From assembly GCA_963796685.1 (NCBI GenBank), contig CAWCMR010000011.1, positions 160,001-224,000 of the forward strand: a stretch of DNA of 64,000 nt, in the 5' to 3' direction. Made by a program: the position numbers and the translations under genes. The number at the start of each line of letters is the position of its first letter. Positions within the stretch are counted from its first letter, which is position 1. The notes below the pieces were generated by a model, which made no database searches, had not been told where the DNA came from, and saw nothing but the letters and a program-made list of their open reading frames with translations. Source of the DNA: an uncultured delta proteobacterium (GTDB lineage: Bacteria > Myxococcota_A > Polyangia > Fen-1088). Positions 9,407 to 20,284 of the stretch are shown in pieces.

Positions 9407-9484
9407 AACGTGACAGCCCCTCACCCGCCTCGCTACGCTCGGCGCCCTCTCCCCGCTGCGCGGGGCGAGGTGTCTTCAGGTCAG
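9407..9484. repeat. REP-like palindrome, left half of doublet
   Basis: cccctcacccgcctcgctacgctcggcg...cgctgcgcggggcgagg...ttcaggtcag; near-identical to 32703-32786. Confidence 0.7.
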
Positions 9485-9703
9485 GACGCTGGCGAATCGA
9501 GTTGTGAACATGTGCTTCTGCCTGCGCTCAAGGGGAGCACCTTCGGGGTTTTTCCTATTTGTGCGTCTTGGTTCCGGTCCCGTGCATCGAACGATAGCAG
9601 TTGCCTAGGAAACGAGGTTTGCTACCTTCCCATCTTCCGGTTTCAATCCTGGTTGGGCATGATCGCGAAGTGACGCCCGGTCGGGCCAAGCAAGGAGGGA
9701 CAA

Positions 9704-10106
9704 ATGGATACACAGTTGGTCGAGATCGCTCAGAGCTGCCTGTCTGCCGCGTTCGATGGAACCTGGGACTTCCCCACCATTGTGCGGACACTGCTCGCAG
9801 CCGGGTTCGAAGGGTACGACGTAGACTATCGACGAGGCACGTTCACCTACTTTCTGCCCAGCGGCGCCGGTGTGCAGCTCGGCCATGCCCAAGACGGAGG
9901 GCTCGGTGGCGGCGGAGTTCAAAGCGTCCGACGTCGAACGGGCAGTGCGAGAGGCACAGAGCAAAGCGCCGGGGTACACCTATTCAGGTTTCTGCGCGAA
10001 AGTGAAGACGGCAGGTTGCGCGGGGTATATGGTCTCGTTCCTAGGCAAACGCGTCGTGTACTTTGGGCGAACCGCAGAGACGCATGTCGAGCACTTCCCG
10101 AAGTAA
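9704..10106 (+). CDS. DUF1398 family protein, split by a +1 frameshift near 9881
   Basis: MDTQLVEIAQSC...FEGYDVDYRRG in one frame continues as AMPKTEG...GCAGYMVSFLGKRVVYFGRTAETHVEHFPK in the next; sequencing error or recent pseudogene. Confidence 0.75.
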
Positions 10107-10175
10107 GCCCTCGAAGGCGAGATTTGCGCCCCGGCCATCGAGTATCCTCCGCTGTGGCTGCGTACCCTAACCCTC

Positions 10176-10262
10176 TCAGCCCAAGGGCACTTCGGGACCA
10201 CCCCACCCACCACCAACCCCCGCGGCTTCGACGCGCCCTCGCCCGCTGCGCGGGGCGAGGGG
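10176..10262. repeat. REP-like palindrome, right half of doublet
   Basis: tcagcccaagggcacttcgggacc...ccccgcggcttcgacgcgccctcgcccgctgcgcggggcgagg; matches 32783-32878. Confidence 0.7.
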
Positions 10263-10325
10263 ATCGGAGGGCGCACGTGCGTAGCAACTTCTTGAATTCT
10301 CGGCACCTTCAACCCGTTCGGTGCC

Positions 10326-10988
10326 CTACGAGGCCGTGGCTCCTTTGAGGAAGACGAAGTAGTCGCGATCTTCACCCACCACGTGGCCATGGATGGTCTC
10401 GACGATGACGAAGTTCAAGACGGCGGCGACCAAGATGGAACTGTCGTTCGCGCGCTCACACAGCTCCTGTGCGCGAGCCAACAGCGTGCGATGTCTGGCG
10501 GCGTGGCCTGCCAGTCCTGGATAGCCCACTTGTTTTAGAATGCGTTCCTCCTGCTGGAAGTGGGCTTCGGCGGATTGTACCAGCCGCAACAGGCTCACTT
10601 GCGCGTCTTGCGTCTTCATGCCTGGCCGCGTGGTCAGATCGAGGAGTTGGTTGCAATGGCGAAAGAGCTCGCGGTGCTCGGCATCGATGAAGGCATTGCC
10701 ACTGGCGAAGCTCGCGTCCCAGTTCAGGTTCACCAGGCCCGAGCTGCTGTCGGCCACAGCCACCGGGGTCGGGGGCGGCGTCGCGAGTCGACGCGAGTGA
10801 ACCACCTGGTTGCGTCCCGACTTCTTCGCCAGGTACATAGCCTCGTCGCTCGCCTGCAGCAGGTCGCGGGCGCTTTCGGCGTGGTCGGGGAAGAGCGACA
10901 CGCCGATGCTGGCCGAAATCTCCAACTGCACAGTCGTGCGGGGCTTTCCAAGCCGGCTGTTCCTGTTCTTGTCCCGTCCGTGCTTCAT
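10326..10988 (-). pseudogene. 5'-truncated diguanylate cyclase (GGDEF C-terminal part) fused to a bacteriohemerythrin domain
   Basis: ISASIGVSLFP...DEAMYLAKKSGRNQ without the GGDEF loop; hemerythrin ligands AEH, HFQQEE, HAARH and HVVGED present. Confidence 0.75.
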
Positions 10989-11120
10989 GCTTCTTCTGCG
11001 TCATGCACGAAGATTTGCCTCGTCACGCGGTGAATCTCCCGCTGGCGTTGGTGCATCCCAGACTAGCGGGCCACGGGCCGGGGTTGTTCGCGCGACATCC
11101 GAAGATGCGAGAGGAGAATC

Positions 11121-11759
11121 ATGAGTAAGGTATTCGTCAACATCGGGCTCAGCCTCGATGGCTACATGGCACCGGAAGGAATGACCATGGAGCATTGGGA
11201 CACGCCTGAGTACAAGAACTGGGGCACCAAGTGGGGGGCGCTGATGGCGTGGATCCTCAACCAACAGTACTTTCGCCAGAACCTCGCGCTCGGAACAGGG
11301 GGAGAGACCGGCCCGGTCAATGACCTGCTTCGCAGCACCACGGAGCGCATCGGTGCCAACATCATGGGCAAGCGCATGTTCGAGCAAGGCGAGCGCGCCT
11401 GGCCAGAGAAGGCTCCGTTTCACACGCCGGTCTACGTGCTTACCCATGAGAAGCGCGAACCGTGGGCGCGCCCGGGTGGGACGACCTTCTACTTCGTCAA
11501 TAGCGGGCCCGTGCGTGCGCTCGAGCTGGCTCGGGAATCCGCGGGCAGTCGCGACATTCGTATCGCGGGTGGAGCGGATGTCATCCAGCAGTACCTGACC
11601 ATGGGTGTCGTTGACGAGCTGGAAATCGCCTTGGCACCCGTGTTGTTCGGCAGTGGGCGGCGTCTCTTCGAGAACCTGGGCGAGACCGGGCCGCGGTTTC
11701 GCATCGACAAGGTTCTTGATGGTCCGGCAGCCACACACGTGCGCTACGTGCGTCAGTAA
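11121..11759 (+). CDS. Dihydrofolate reductase / RibD C-terminal family protein
   Basis: SLDGYMAP, IMGKRMF, IAGGADVIQQYL, APVLFGSGRRLF; RBS gaggag upstream. Confidence 0.88.
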   Translation: MSKVFVNIGLSLDGYMAPEGMTMEHWDTPEYKNWGTKWGALMAWILNQQYFRQNLALGTGGETGPVNDLLRSTTERIGANIMGKRMFEQGERAWPEKAPFHTPVYVLTHEKREPWARPGGTTFYFVNSGPVRALELARESAGSRDIRIAGGADVIQQYLTMGVVDELEIALAPVLFGSGRRLFENLGETGPRFRIDKVLDGPAATHVRYVRQ

Positions 11760-11766
11760 GGGCGGC

Positions 11767-12327
<561 letters not shown>

Positions 12328-13068
12328 CTACATCCCCAACTTCACGCGCTGAAGCCCCATCCGATTCTGCACCAAGGGGTCCGCGGGATTGCCATGGTTG
12401 ATGTACGGAGGCGTATCAATCCACGCCACGATCGCGTCTGTCCCCTGATGGGCCATCGCGTACGACGTGATCACGCCCGCTTGGGCGATCGGCGTGGGTG
12501 CCGCCATGGGCACGCCGGCAGGTGATAGGCGCGCGATGGCGAGCTGACTGAGCGCGCCGGTGTCCGGGGCCTCCAGGACCACGGTGTCTTCGCCGATCGA
12601 GAAGAGCGGATAGGCGCCGTAGTCGTTCGTCGTATCGAGCTGCAACGGGCTGCCAAGCAAGGCGCCCGCCTGCGAAACGTGCACGAAGAGCGTCTGCGGG
12701 TCGGTGGCCAGCGAAAGGTAGACCATGGCGATTTGCGTTCCCGACCAGGTCATGGTGACTGCGTACATCTGCTGCCCGGAGATGAACGAATCGGTCCTCA
12801 GGCTGTCGTCGAGCGCGAGGTGCATCAGTTGAATGCGCTCGTTGCCGCTTGCAAACCCGACGTCCGCTGCGACTTCGAATCCATCGGCGACATAGACGGC
12901 CGACCATCCGTAGGAGAGACTGCCGACCAGATGGTCTGTGCCGATCGCGCTGCCGTCGGCGCCGACCCGTTGCAGGTGTAAGTTGCCTGTCGTGGCGGAT
13001 GAAGTGGCTTGCGGTGCGTCGCTCCACGAAAATAGGGGTCCTGCGCCGGGCTGTTCGGTGAGCTGCAC
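12328..13068 (-). CDS. Hypothetical beta-rich secreted-type protein, probably an N-terminally truncated fragment
   Basis: Coding-like frame stays open to ~13180 but has no signal peptide or clear start. Confidence 0.5.
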   Translation of the reverse strand: MQLTEQPGAGPLFSWSDAPQATSSATTGNLHLQRVGADGSAIGTDHLVGSLSYGWSAVYVADGFEVAADVGFASGNERIQLMHLALDDSLRTDSFISGQQMYAVTMTWSGTQIAMVYLSLATDPQTLFVHVSQAGALLGSPLQLDTTNDYGAYPLFSIGEDTVVLEAPDTGALSQLAIARLSPAGVPMAAPTPIAQAGVITSYAMAHQGTDAIVAWIDTPPYINHGNPADPLVQNRMGLQRVKLGM

Positions 13069-13345
13069 GCCATATGAGCCCGGGTAGTCGTGCGAGCCAA
13101 TGACAGCGCCCGTGGCATCGAGGGCTATGAGCGTCGTCTTGGTCGGACCGCCGGCACTTTGGATGCAGGAGAGAGGTGGCCGTTACAAAGGGAACAAAGG
13201 AGGCTCCGTCGAAGCAATGTTCGTCACCCAGGTTCGTCGATGCCCGCCCACCAGGCGGACTTCTCCGGGAAGGGCGCGGTAGCTGCGCCAAAACCGAGCA
13301 CTTGCCCGATGGGTCACAGGCTTGTCGGTAGGCGCGGCTTCACTT

Positions 13346-13402
13346 CCCCTCACCGGCCGCGCTTCGCGCGTCGGCCTCGCCCCGCGTGCCCGCGGGGCGA
13401 GG
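13346..13402. repeat. REP-like palindrome
   Basis: cccctcaccggccgcgcttcgcgcgtcggcctcgccccgcg...cgcggggcgagg; same family as 9407 and 32703. Confidence 0.6.
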
Positions 13403-13516
13403 CGATAGGGCCGCTGCGCGGCCCCTACAAGACAGCATCCGGGCTCACGCGGCGGACGAGGTCCGGGGCTTGGGCGGGGGAAAGACTGGCGGTGATAGCG
13501 CCGGCTTACGGGTCGG

Positions 13517-14065
13517 CTAGCGCTGCGATCTCTTTCCCGCGGTCACGTCGGCGTTGAACTGCGCCGACTGCCCCTTGGGCACCGAGAGGGTCTTCCAGGC
13601 GCCGCCGGCGAAGTGCTTGGCGAGGAAGACCATCTGACCGATGTGGTACGCATAGTGGGCCACCTGCCGGTTGATCGCCTGCATGACCGAGTGAGGCTCC
13701 CCGCGGATGGTGACGGTCCTCGTCAGCTCGGCGTCGCTGAGCGAGCCGAGCGCAGAGAACAGCACCGCCCATCCCCGCCCCCACAACTCCAGCAGCTCGG
13801 CGCGCGCGGCCGGCGGCGCTTCGAACTCCGAGTCGCGATTGCGGTCGGGCTTTTCCCCATCGGCGGTCAAGAAGTCGGTCCAGCGTGAACGCATGTTTCC
13901 CGCCAGGTGTTTGACCAGGATTGCGATGGAGTTCGATTCAGGGTCCAGTTGCGTCGTCAGCCGATCGTCCGGGCACTGGTCGATCGCGCCTTGACCGAGC
14001 TTCTGATACTGGCGGAAAACGGCGAGCGCATCCTTGACATACGAGGTGGTGAATTCGAGTGCCAT
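13517..14065 (-). CDS. DinB superfamily / DUF1572 protein
   Basis: NSIAILVKHLAGNMRSRWTDFLT.DGEK..RNRD.EF and HYAYHIGQ motifs. Confidence 0.88.
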   Translation of the reverse strand: MALEFTTSYVKDALAVFRQYQKLGQGAIDQCPDDRLTTQLDPESNSIAILVKHLAGNMRSRWTDFLTADGEKPDRNRDSEFEAPPAARAELLELWGRGWAVLFSALGSLSDAELTRTVTIRGEPHSVMQAINRQVAHYAYHIGQMVFLAKHFAGGAWKTLSVPKGQSAQFNADVTAGKRSQR

Positions 14066-14179
14066 GCGTACAGCATAGCTTGGTATCTTCCGGGTAACCA
14101 TTGCGTCCCGCGGTTGCTTCGTGCCGGAAGCGCGGGCACCTGCGTGGCTGGCTTGCTAGCCTCGGGCGAGGAGGACAGG

Positions 14180-14743
14180 ATGATGAAATTCAGTGCGCTT
14201 CTTTTCTTGCCCCTCGTGGCGGCATGCGGGTCGAGCTCGGAAAACGCGGATGCGACAAGCGCGGGTCACGAAGGCGATGGCGGTCTGGCCGTCGGCACAC
14301 GGGACGCCGCCACCGGTGCTTGCTCTGCTATTTCGCCGGCAGGAGCCGTATTTTCCTGGCAGGACAACGGTACGCCCGAATGTGCGGTGGTGGTCGAGGC
14401 CACGCGCATGACCAGCTCGACCCAGGATTTCCTCGAAATTGTCACCGGGACGGGCACAGGTGTCGGTGTCGGCATTACGGTGGTCGCCTATGGTTCGGCT
14501 CTCGAGGGAACCTACAACTGCAAGAGCGACGCGGGCATCTCGTCCCAATATGTGGACTTCGTCTATACGGGGCGATCAGGGCTCATGCTCCAGGATTGCA
14601 CGATCACCATCGTCAGCGCCGGCGCGCCGGGCGGCGTGAATGCCGTTGGAACCTTCTCGGCGGTTCTGACCTCGGCCACGGGTGGCACCACCACCATCTC
14701 CAATGGCGTGTTCAACACGCCCATCCCGGTCACCGGTGGCTAG
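14180..14743 (+). CDS. Hypothetical lipoprotein
   Basis: MMKFSALLFLPLVAACGSS lipobox; RBS gaggag upstream. Confidence 0.7.
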   Translation: MMKFSALLFLPLVAACGSSSENADATSAGHEGDGGLAVGTRDAATGACSAISPAGAVFSWQDNGTPECAVVVEATRMTSSTQDFLEIVTGTGTGVGVGITVVAYGSALEGTYNCKSDAGISSQYVDFVYTGRSGLMLQDCTITIVSAGAPGGVNAVGTFSAVLTSATGGTTTISNGVFNTPIPVTGG

Positions 14744-14744
14744 A

Positions 14745-15284
14745 CTAGGCCGCGCTGGCTCCGCCGGGCCCGCGCGACTCAGCTCTCTCTGCCAGCAGCA
14801 ACATGCTCTGGTAGGTGAGCACCTGCTGAGGAAAGAGGTCTTCGGTAATCCATCGTCGAGCCGAGCTGTCGAGGGCGGGCCACGCCTTGTCGTAGAAGCG
14901 GATACCCCGGCTCTCGCCGGCTTGCAGAACGCGTGTGGCCCACTTGAAGGTCATGGCCTTGGCCACGCCTTCGAGGAGAGCGACCACGCGGCCCCGCAGC
15001 CCGGAGGTGGCGACGGGCGTGCCGTCTCGTCGCAGGATTTCAGCGACCAAGAGCTGCACGCGCGCGCGATGCGATGCGAGGCATTCCTGGAGGTCGTCCG
15101 AATGAGCCACGGCGTGGCTTCGCCCGGGAGCCAGCGCCTTCTCATAGGCCTCGACCGCGGCCAGCTCGCCCCGCAGCAAGGCATTGAGAGCCTCCACTGT
15201 ACCGGACGGGCCGTCGCAATCCCACCGATCGGCCCGCTGACTTTGTTGGCTTACCCCAGAGGAGTCGTTCGAGTGCACATCCAT
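14745..15284 (-). CDS. Ferritin-like DUF2383 domain protein
   Basis: LNALLRGELAAVEAYEKAL...SHRARV...LQAGESRG four-helix signature. Confidence 0.75.
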   Translation of the reverse strand: MDVHSNDSSGVSQQSQRADRWDCDGPSGTVEALNALLRGELAAVEAYEKALAPGRSHAVAHSDDLQECLASHRARVQLLVAEILRRDGTPVATSGLRGRVVALLEGVAKAMTFKWATRVLQAGESRGIRFYDKAWPALDSSARRWITEDLFPQQVLTYQSMLLLAERAESRGPGGASAA

Positions 15285-15296
15285 GCCGCCTTGCCT

Positions 15297-15312
15297 TGCC
15301 AGATCCGTGCCT
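15297..15312 (-). promoter_or_regulatory. Possible sigma54 (-24/-12) promoter for the DUF2383 gene
   Basis: Minus-strand AGGCACGGATCTGGCA has GG-N10-GC spacing but is an imperfect match. Confidence 0.3.
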
Positions 15313-15492
15313 GCTCTCTCAATTCCATGGGCTCCGGGCTTGGAACCGGCGAATTCGTCACCAACTAGTAACAGACGGTGGGCGTCGTTTCCTTCTTGCT
15401 ACTGGTTGCAGGCGCGAATCCTTGGTCTATCCGCCTTCATCGAACAAGGGCCTCTGTCATGAAGACGCAAACTCATAGTCTTCATACCCACC

Positions 15493-16053
<561 letters not shown>

Positions 16054-16138
16054 CCCCATCGTCGTTACCAGAGTTCCGCGCGAAACCTTTCGCGGCTGCA
16101 CGTCATCCATGACGGACACATCACGCTTGGGAGGAGTC

Positions 16139-16618
16139 ATGGCCGAAACAGTGAACGCGATTCCCGATGGTCTTCACAGCGTTACGCCGAACCTCATTAT
16201 CAAGGACGCGAGCAAGGCGATCGATTGGTACAAGAAGGCGCTTGGCGCGCAGGAACTCTACCGCATGCCGGGACCGGACGGGCGTCTCATGCACGCGGAG
16301 ATCAAAATCGGCAACGCGGTGGTCATGATGACGGATGAGATGCCCGAGATGGGCGGCAAGGGCCCGCAGATGCTCGGGGGCACGCCGGTCAGCCTGACGA
16401 TCTACTGCGAGGACTGCGACGCACTCTTCAACCGCGCAGTGGGTGCCGGAGCCAGCGTGCGCATGCCGCTGGAGGATGCGTTCTGGGGTGACCGCTGGGG
16501 AATGCTGACCGATCCGTTCGGGCACGTGTGGTCCATCGCGACCCACAAGAAAAACCTCTCGGTGCCACAGATGAAGCGCTCCATGGAAGAGTTCATGGCC
16601 AACTTCAAGGCTTCCTAG
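16139..16618 (+). CDS. VOC family (PhnB/glyoxalase-like) protein
   Basis: IPDGLHSVTPNL, LMHAEIKIG, FWGDRWGMLTDPFGHVWSIATH. Confidence 0.88.
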   Translation: MAETVNAIPDGLHSVTPNLIIKDASKAIDWYKKALGAQELYRMPGPDGRLMHAEIKIGNAVVMMTDEMPEMGGKGPQMLGGTPVSLTIYCEDCDALFNRAVGAGASVRMPLEDAFWGDRWGMLTDPFGHVWSIATHKKNLSVPQMKRSMEEFMANFKAS

Positions 16619-16633
16619 CGCTCCCTAGCCAGG

Positions 16634-17773
16634 TCACGGTACCGTCGGTGGTCGGCGCAGGCGGATGGGGGGCAAGGCGGAGCGCGGCGGGCCGGCCGCT
16701 TCGGCCAGTGCGCGCGCGCCCCGCACGATCTCGTGCCGCGGAGAGAGCTTGCAGCTTGGATCGGTCAAGGTCATGTCGCCGGTCAGGTGGTACGCCTGGC
16801 AACGGCAGCCGCCGAAGTCGACCTGGCGATGGTCGCAGGTGCGGCAGGGCTTGGGCATCCATTCTTCGCCGCGAAAACGCGTGAAGGCCGGCGACGAAGT
16901 CCAGATGTCGGCGAGCGCGCGTGCCCTCACGTTGTCGAAGCCGAGGCCGGGCAGGGTGTGTGCGGCATGGCAGGGCAACACGCGCCCATCGGGTGCGACG
17001 ACCAGGTAGCGGCGACCCCACCCGTCCATGCAGGCGCGAGGCCGATCGGAGAAGTAATCGGGCAACACGGCGGCGATCTCCATCCGGCCTTCGAGGCGCG
17101 CGCGCGCCTCGGACACCGTGGCCCGAGCCTCGGCGATCATGGCCGCGGTCGGCAGCAGGTGCGGCCGGTTGACGAGCGCCCAGCCGAGATACTGTACGTG
17201 GGCCAGCTCGAGACGATTGGCCCGCAACCGTTCTGCCATGGCGATCATGTTGGGCAGACGGGGCAGGTTCTCCCGGTGCAGGACGATGTTCAACGTGAGC
17301 GGCAGGCCGAGAGCCCGGACCTGACCGGCCACCTCCTCCTTCCTGGCCAGCGCGTCCACGCCGGCGATGCGCGCGGCCGCGCCACCGTCCACGTCTTGAA
17401 TAGAGAGCTGAACGCCTTCCAGCCCGGCGTCGCGCAGGCGAGTCAGGGCATCACGGTCGGACGGGATGCCGCTGGTGATGAGCGTGGTGTAAAGGTCGCA
17501 GTCTCGCGCGGCCCGCACGATCGATTCCAGATCGGGACGCAAGAGCGGCTCGCCCCCGGTCAGGTTCACCTGCATGACGCCGAGAGCCTCCGCTTCGCCG
17601 AACACCCGGCCCCAGGTCGCCGCGTCGAGCTCCGCATCCATGGCGTCCAGGCGAACGGGGTTGGAACAATACGCGCAGCGAAGCGGACAGCGGTAGGTCA
17701 GCTCGGCCACCAAGGTGTACGGGCGCGGGGCTGCGGCGGCCGGGGCCACGGACGGGACAGCCTGGCCCGTCAT
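16634..17773 (-). CDS. pqqE: PqqA peptide cyclase, radical SAM/SPASM
   Basis: AELTYRCPLRCAYCSNP (CxxxCxxC), CMDGWG, LPCH, DFGGCRCQA; operon context. Confidence 0.95.
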   Translation of the reverse strand: MTGQAVPSVAPAAAAPRPYTLVAELTYRCPLRCAYCSNPVRLDAMDAELDAATWGRVFGEAEALGVMQVNLTGGEPLLRPDLESIVRAARDCDLYTTLITSGIPSDRDALTRLRDAGLEGVQLSIQDVDGGAAARIAGVDALARKEEVAGQVRALGLPLTLNIVLHRENLPRLPNMIAMAERLRANRLELAHVQYLGWALVNRPHLLPTAAMIAEARATVSEARARLEGRMEIAAVLPDYFSDRPRACMDGWGRRYLVVAPDGRVLPCHAAHTLPGLGFDNVRARALADIWTSSPAFTRFRGEEWMPKPCRTCDHRQVDFGGCRCQAYHLTGDMTLTDPSCKLSPRHEIVRGARALAEAAGPPRSALPPIRLRRPPTVP

Positions 17774-18078
17774 GCCTCGCCCTCTCCGGGCTCATCCGCC
17801 ACGAGAACGAGTCCCCGGCGAGCCAGCGCCGCCAGCAGCCGCGTCACGTCCTCCGCGATCCGCTCGCGGGTGACCTCGCGGTAAGTCTCGGCCAGTCGGT
17901 CCACGATCTCGGCCACGGTGAGCTTGGCCGTACACAACTTCACCACCTCGCTCGCCGAGCCCAGCAATTCGAAGCCGGTTTCCGGTCGTAGCAGGAACAG
18001 CTTTCCGCTGATGCGATCCCTTCGCAGACGTGCCCCGCGCGCCAGGCGCGGTCTCGACCCGATGTCGATCTCGGTCAC
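17770..18078 (-). CDS. pqqD: PqqA peptide chaperone PqqD
   Basis: RPRLARGARLRRD...LLRPE...VAEIVDRLA...DV; GTGA overlap with the pqqC stop. Confidence 0.88.
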   Translation of the reverse strand: MTEIDIGSRPRLARGARLRRDRISGKLFLLRPETGFELLGSASEVVKLCTAKLTVAEIVDRLAETYREVTRERIAEDVTRLLAALARRGLVLVADEPGEGEA

Positions 18079-18824
18079 GCGCGCATCGCCCCCGTCGCTG
18101 GTTGGGGGGGCGCGCTGACGCAGTCGAGGAGGTGCCACAGGATCTCGGTCTTGCGAATCAGGGCCGCCACGCACGCTTCCTGCTCGGCGCGGGTCTGCGC
18201 GTGCGCGACCACGAACGCGATCGCCTCCTCGGAGTCGCGGCGCGCGCGCGGCACACGGCTGCGAAAGTAGGCCAGCCCGGCCGGGTCGACGAAGGGATAG
18301 TGCTTTTCCCACGCGGCGATTCGCTTGGACATGAGATCCGGCGCGAAAAACTCCGTCAGCGACGAGGCCACGGCCACCACCAGGCTGCTGTCGCGAACCA
18401 ACGACACGTACGCGTCGCAGGCGAAACGCACGCCGGGCAAGACCTGGCGGCAGCTCGCCACCGTGTCGGCGTCCAGCCCCGCGGCCACCGCCAGCCTGAG
18501 CCACTCGGCCAGCCCGCCCTCGCCCGGGACGCTTCCGTCGTGATCGTGAATCCGGCGTATCCAGGCCCGCCGAAACGCGGGATCCTCGCTCTTGGAGGCG
18601 ATCAGTGCGTCCTTGATGGGGATGCGGGTCTGGTAGTAGTAGCGGTTCAGAATCCAGCGGGCGAGATCGTCGGGCGTGAGCCGCCCTTCATGCATCGCCA
18701 CGTTGAACGGGTGCAGGTCGTGGTAGCGGGCGGAGCCCTCGCAGCGCAGGCGCTCGATGAACGCGTCGGCTTCGAGTGGCGGGCCCAGTTCCCCACCCGA
18801 GGCGGGCCCGGATGCGGCGCTCAC
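18075..18824 (-). CDS. pqqC: Pyrroloquinoline-quinone synthase
   Basis: RYHDLHPF, NRYYYQTRIPIKDA, RIHDHDG, SSLTEFFAP. Confidence 0.95.
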   Translation of the reverse strand: MSAASGPASGGELGPPLEADAFIERLRCEGSARYHDLHPFNVAMHEGRLTPDDLARWILNRYYYQTRIPIKDALIASKSEDPAFRRAWIRRIHDHDGSVPGEGGLAEWLRLAVAAGLDADTVASCRQVLPGVRFACDAYVSLVRDSSLVVAVASSLTEFFAPDLMSKRIAAWEKHYPFVDPAGLAYFRSRVPRARRDSEEAIAFVVAHAQTRAEQEACVAALIRKTEILWHLLDCVSAPPQPATGAMRA

Positions 18825-19732
18825 AGCTCCATCTCCATGCCGTCGAAGGCAACTTCGATCCCTGCCGCGGTTGTTTCGGCGCGCTCGGGCGAGTCGTTTC
18901 GTAGCAGCGGGTTGGTGTTGTTGATGTGAATCAGGACTCGTCGCGCCGCCGTTATGCGGGCGAGATGGGAAAGGGTGCCCGCCGGGCCACCCACCGGCAG
19001 ATGGGCCATGTCCTCGGCACGCTTGGAGCCGACTCCAGCGGTCAGCAGCTCGGCGCTGGACCAGAAGGTGCCGTCGAAGAACACGACGTCGACCTCAGCC
19101 AACATCCGCTCCAGCGTGGTGGTCCAGGCGGCTGCCGCGGGCACGTAGGCGACGGTACGGTTGGCCGCGCGATCCCGGATCAGCAGCCCCACATTGTCTT
19201 CTTCGCTGGCCGGTCCGCGACCTTCCAAATGAATCGGGCGCTTGCCGGGGACCGGGAAAGCCGTGAGCGACAGCGCGCTGTCCTCGGCTCCCAACCCGCG
19301 CGAGACGCCGAGCGACAAGGTTCGCCACGTGGTCTGCCCCTCGAACCGCTCGAGCGTTCGGTAGAGCACATTGCCGTCCGTGAACCCGGCCCGCACCGCG
19401 CTCGTCGCGTAAAGGGTGAGGGGCTGCGACTCGCGCAGCGACAGGAGGCCCAGGCAGTGGTCCAGATCGCCATTGGTGAGCACGATGCCGGCAATCGGCG
19501 AATGGCGAAGCTGCCGCGGCCACAGCGGGGGAAAGCTCTCGATCTGCTCGCGAATCTCCGGCGAGGCGTTGAGCAGAAACCAGGCCTCCCCATCGGCGCT
19601 GAGGGCGATGGATTCCTGCCGACGCGACGCGCCTCGCAGACTTCCGGAGCGCACATCGCGACAGTTGGGGCAACCGCAGTTCCACTGCGGAAAGCCCCCT
19701 CCGGCGGCTGAGCCTAGAACGCGAACGCGCAA
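18821..19732 (-). CDS. pqqB: PQQ biosynthesis protein PqqB (metallo-beta-lactamase fold)
   Basis: VLGSAAGGGFPQWNCGCPNC, LNASP, FFDGTFW, IHINNTNP. Confidence 0.95.
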   Translation of the reverse strand: MRVRVLGSAAGGGFPQWNCGCPNCRDVRSGSLRGASRRQESIALSADGEAWFLLNASPEIREQIESFPPLWPRQLRHSPIAGIVLTNGDLDHCLGLLSLRESQPLTLYATSAVRAGFTDGNVLYRTLERFEGQTTWRTLSLGVSRGLGAEDSALSLTAFPVPGKRPIHLEGRGPASEEDNVGLLIRDRAANRTVAYVPAAAAWTTTLERMLAEVDVVFFDGTFWSSAELLTAGVGSKRAEDMAHLPVGGPAGTLSHLARITAARRVLIHINNTNPLLRNDSPERAETTAAGIEVAFDGMEMEL

Positions 19733-19750
19733 CGGCAGACGGCCCGGGGG

Positions 19751-19909
19751 TCAGAAGACTGCGGCTGCGGAGTCCTTGTCTTCTTTGGGCTCGGCATCGA
19801 GCACGGGGCCGCGCGGGCCCAGCGGCGGTTCATCGCCGAAATCAGACTGATAGCCACCGATTTCCGCGTTCATTGCGATCTCGACGAAGTCTGGCCGTTC
19901 CCATTGCAT
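19751..19909 (-). CDS. pqqA: PQQ precursor peptide with C-terminal extension
   Basis: MQWERPDFVEIAMNAEIGGYQ contains WxxP and ExxxY; RBS agggag 9 nt upstream; directly upstream of pqqB. Confidence 0.85.
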   Translation of the reverse strand: MQWERPDFVEIAMNAEIGGYQSDFGDEPPLGPRGPVLDAEPKEDKDSAAAVF

Positions 19910-20284
19910 GTTTGCCATCTCCCTGCTGTCAATCGAACCCGAGCGAAGCCCTGGCGAAGCTCCGGAGTCGCCACCTCTTACCCAGGCGAAAGCTACCATC
20001 CGCGGGCCGTGACGCACGGAAATTCAGTCTTGCTCTGCGAAAGGGGACGAACCTGGTCCGCCGCAATCGGGGATGCCCCACCCCTGGCGAGTGGAACGAG
20101 AACCCATCATCCCGTCGATAGCCGCAGAGCGTCGTGGCAGTGGCCGGAGTCGTGGCCATGGCCGCACCCGGTTGTAACTGCCGTCAGTCACCAGTCGCCG
20201 CGGTGAGCCAAACATCGAGAAGGATTGAACGAACCGCCTGCTTGATCGTGCCGAGGGGTTTTCGGGTATAGTGCCCGAACTGCG

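Noticed and set aside
9870-9890. Programmed frameshift in DUF1398 (likewise at ~26372, ~56330, ~62842 and 63040-63560)
   Set aside because: These are single-base indels with no slippery sequence, spread over unrelated genes; sequencing or assembly error is more parsimonious.
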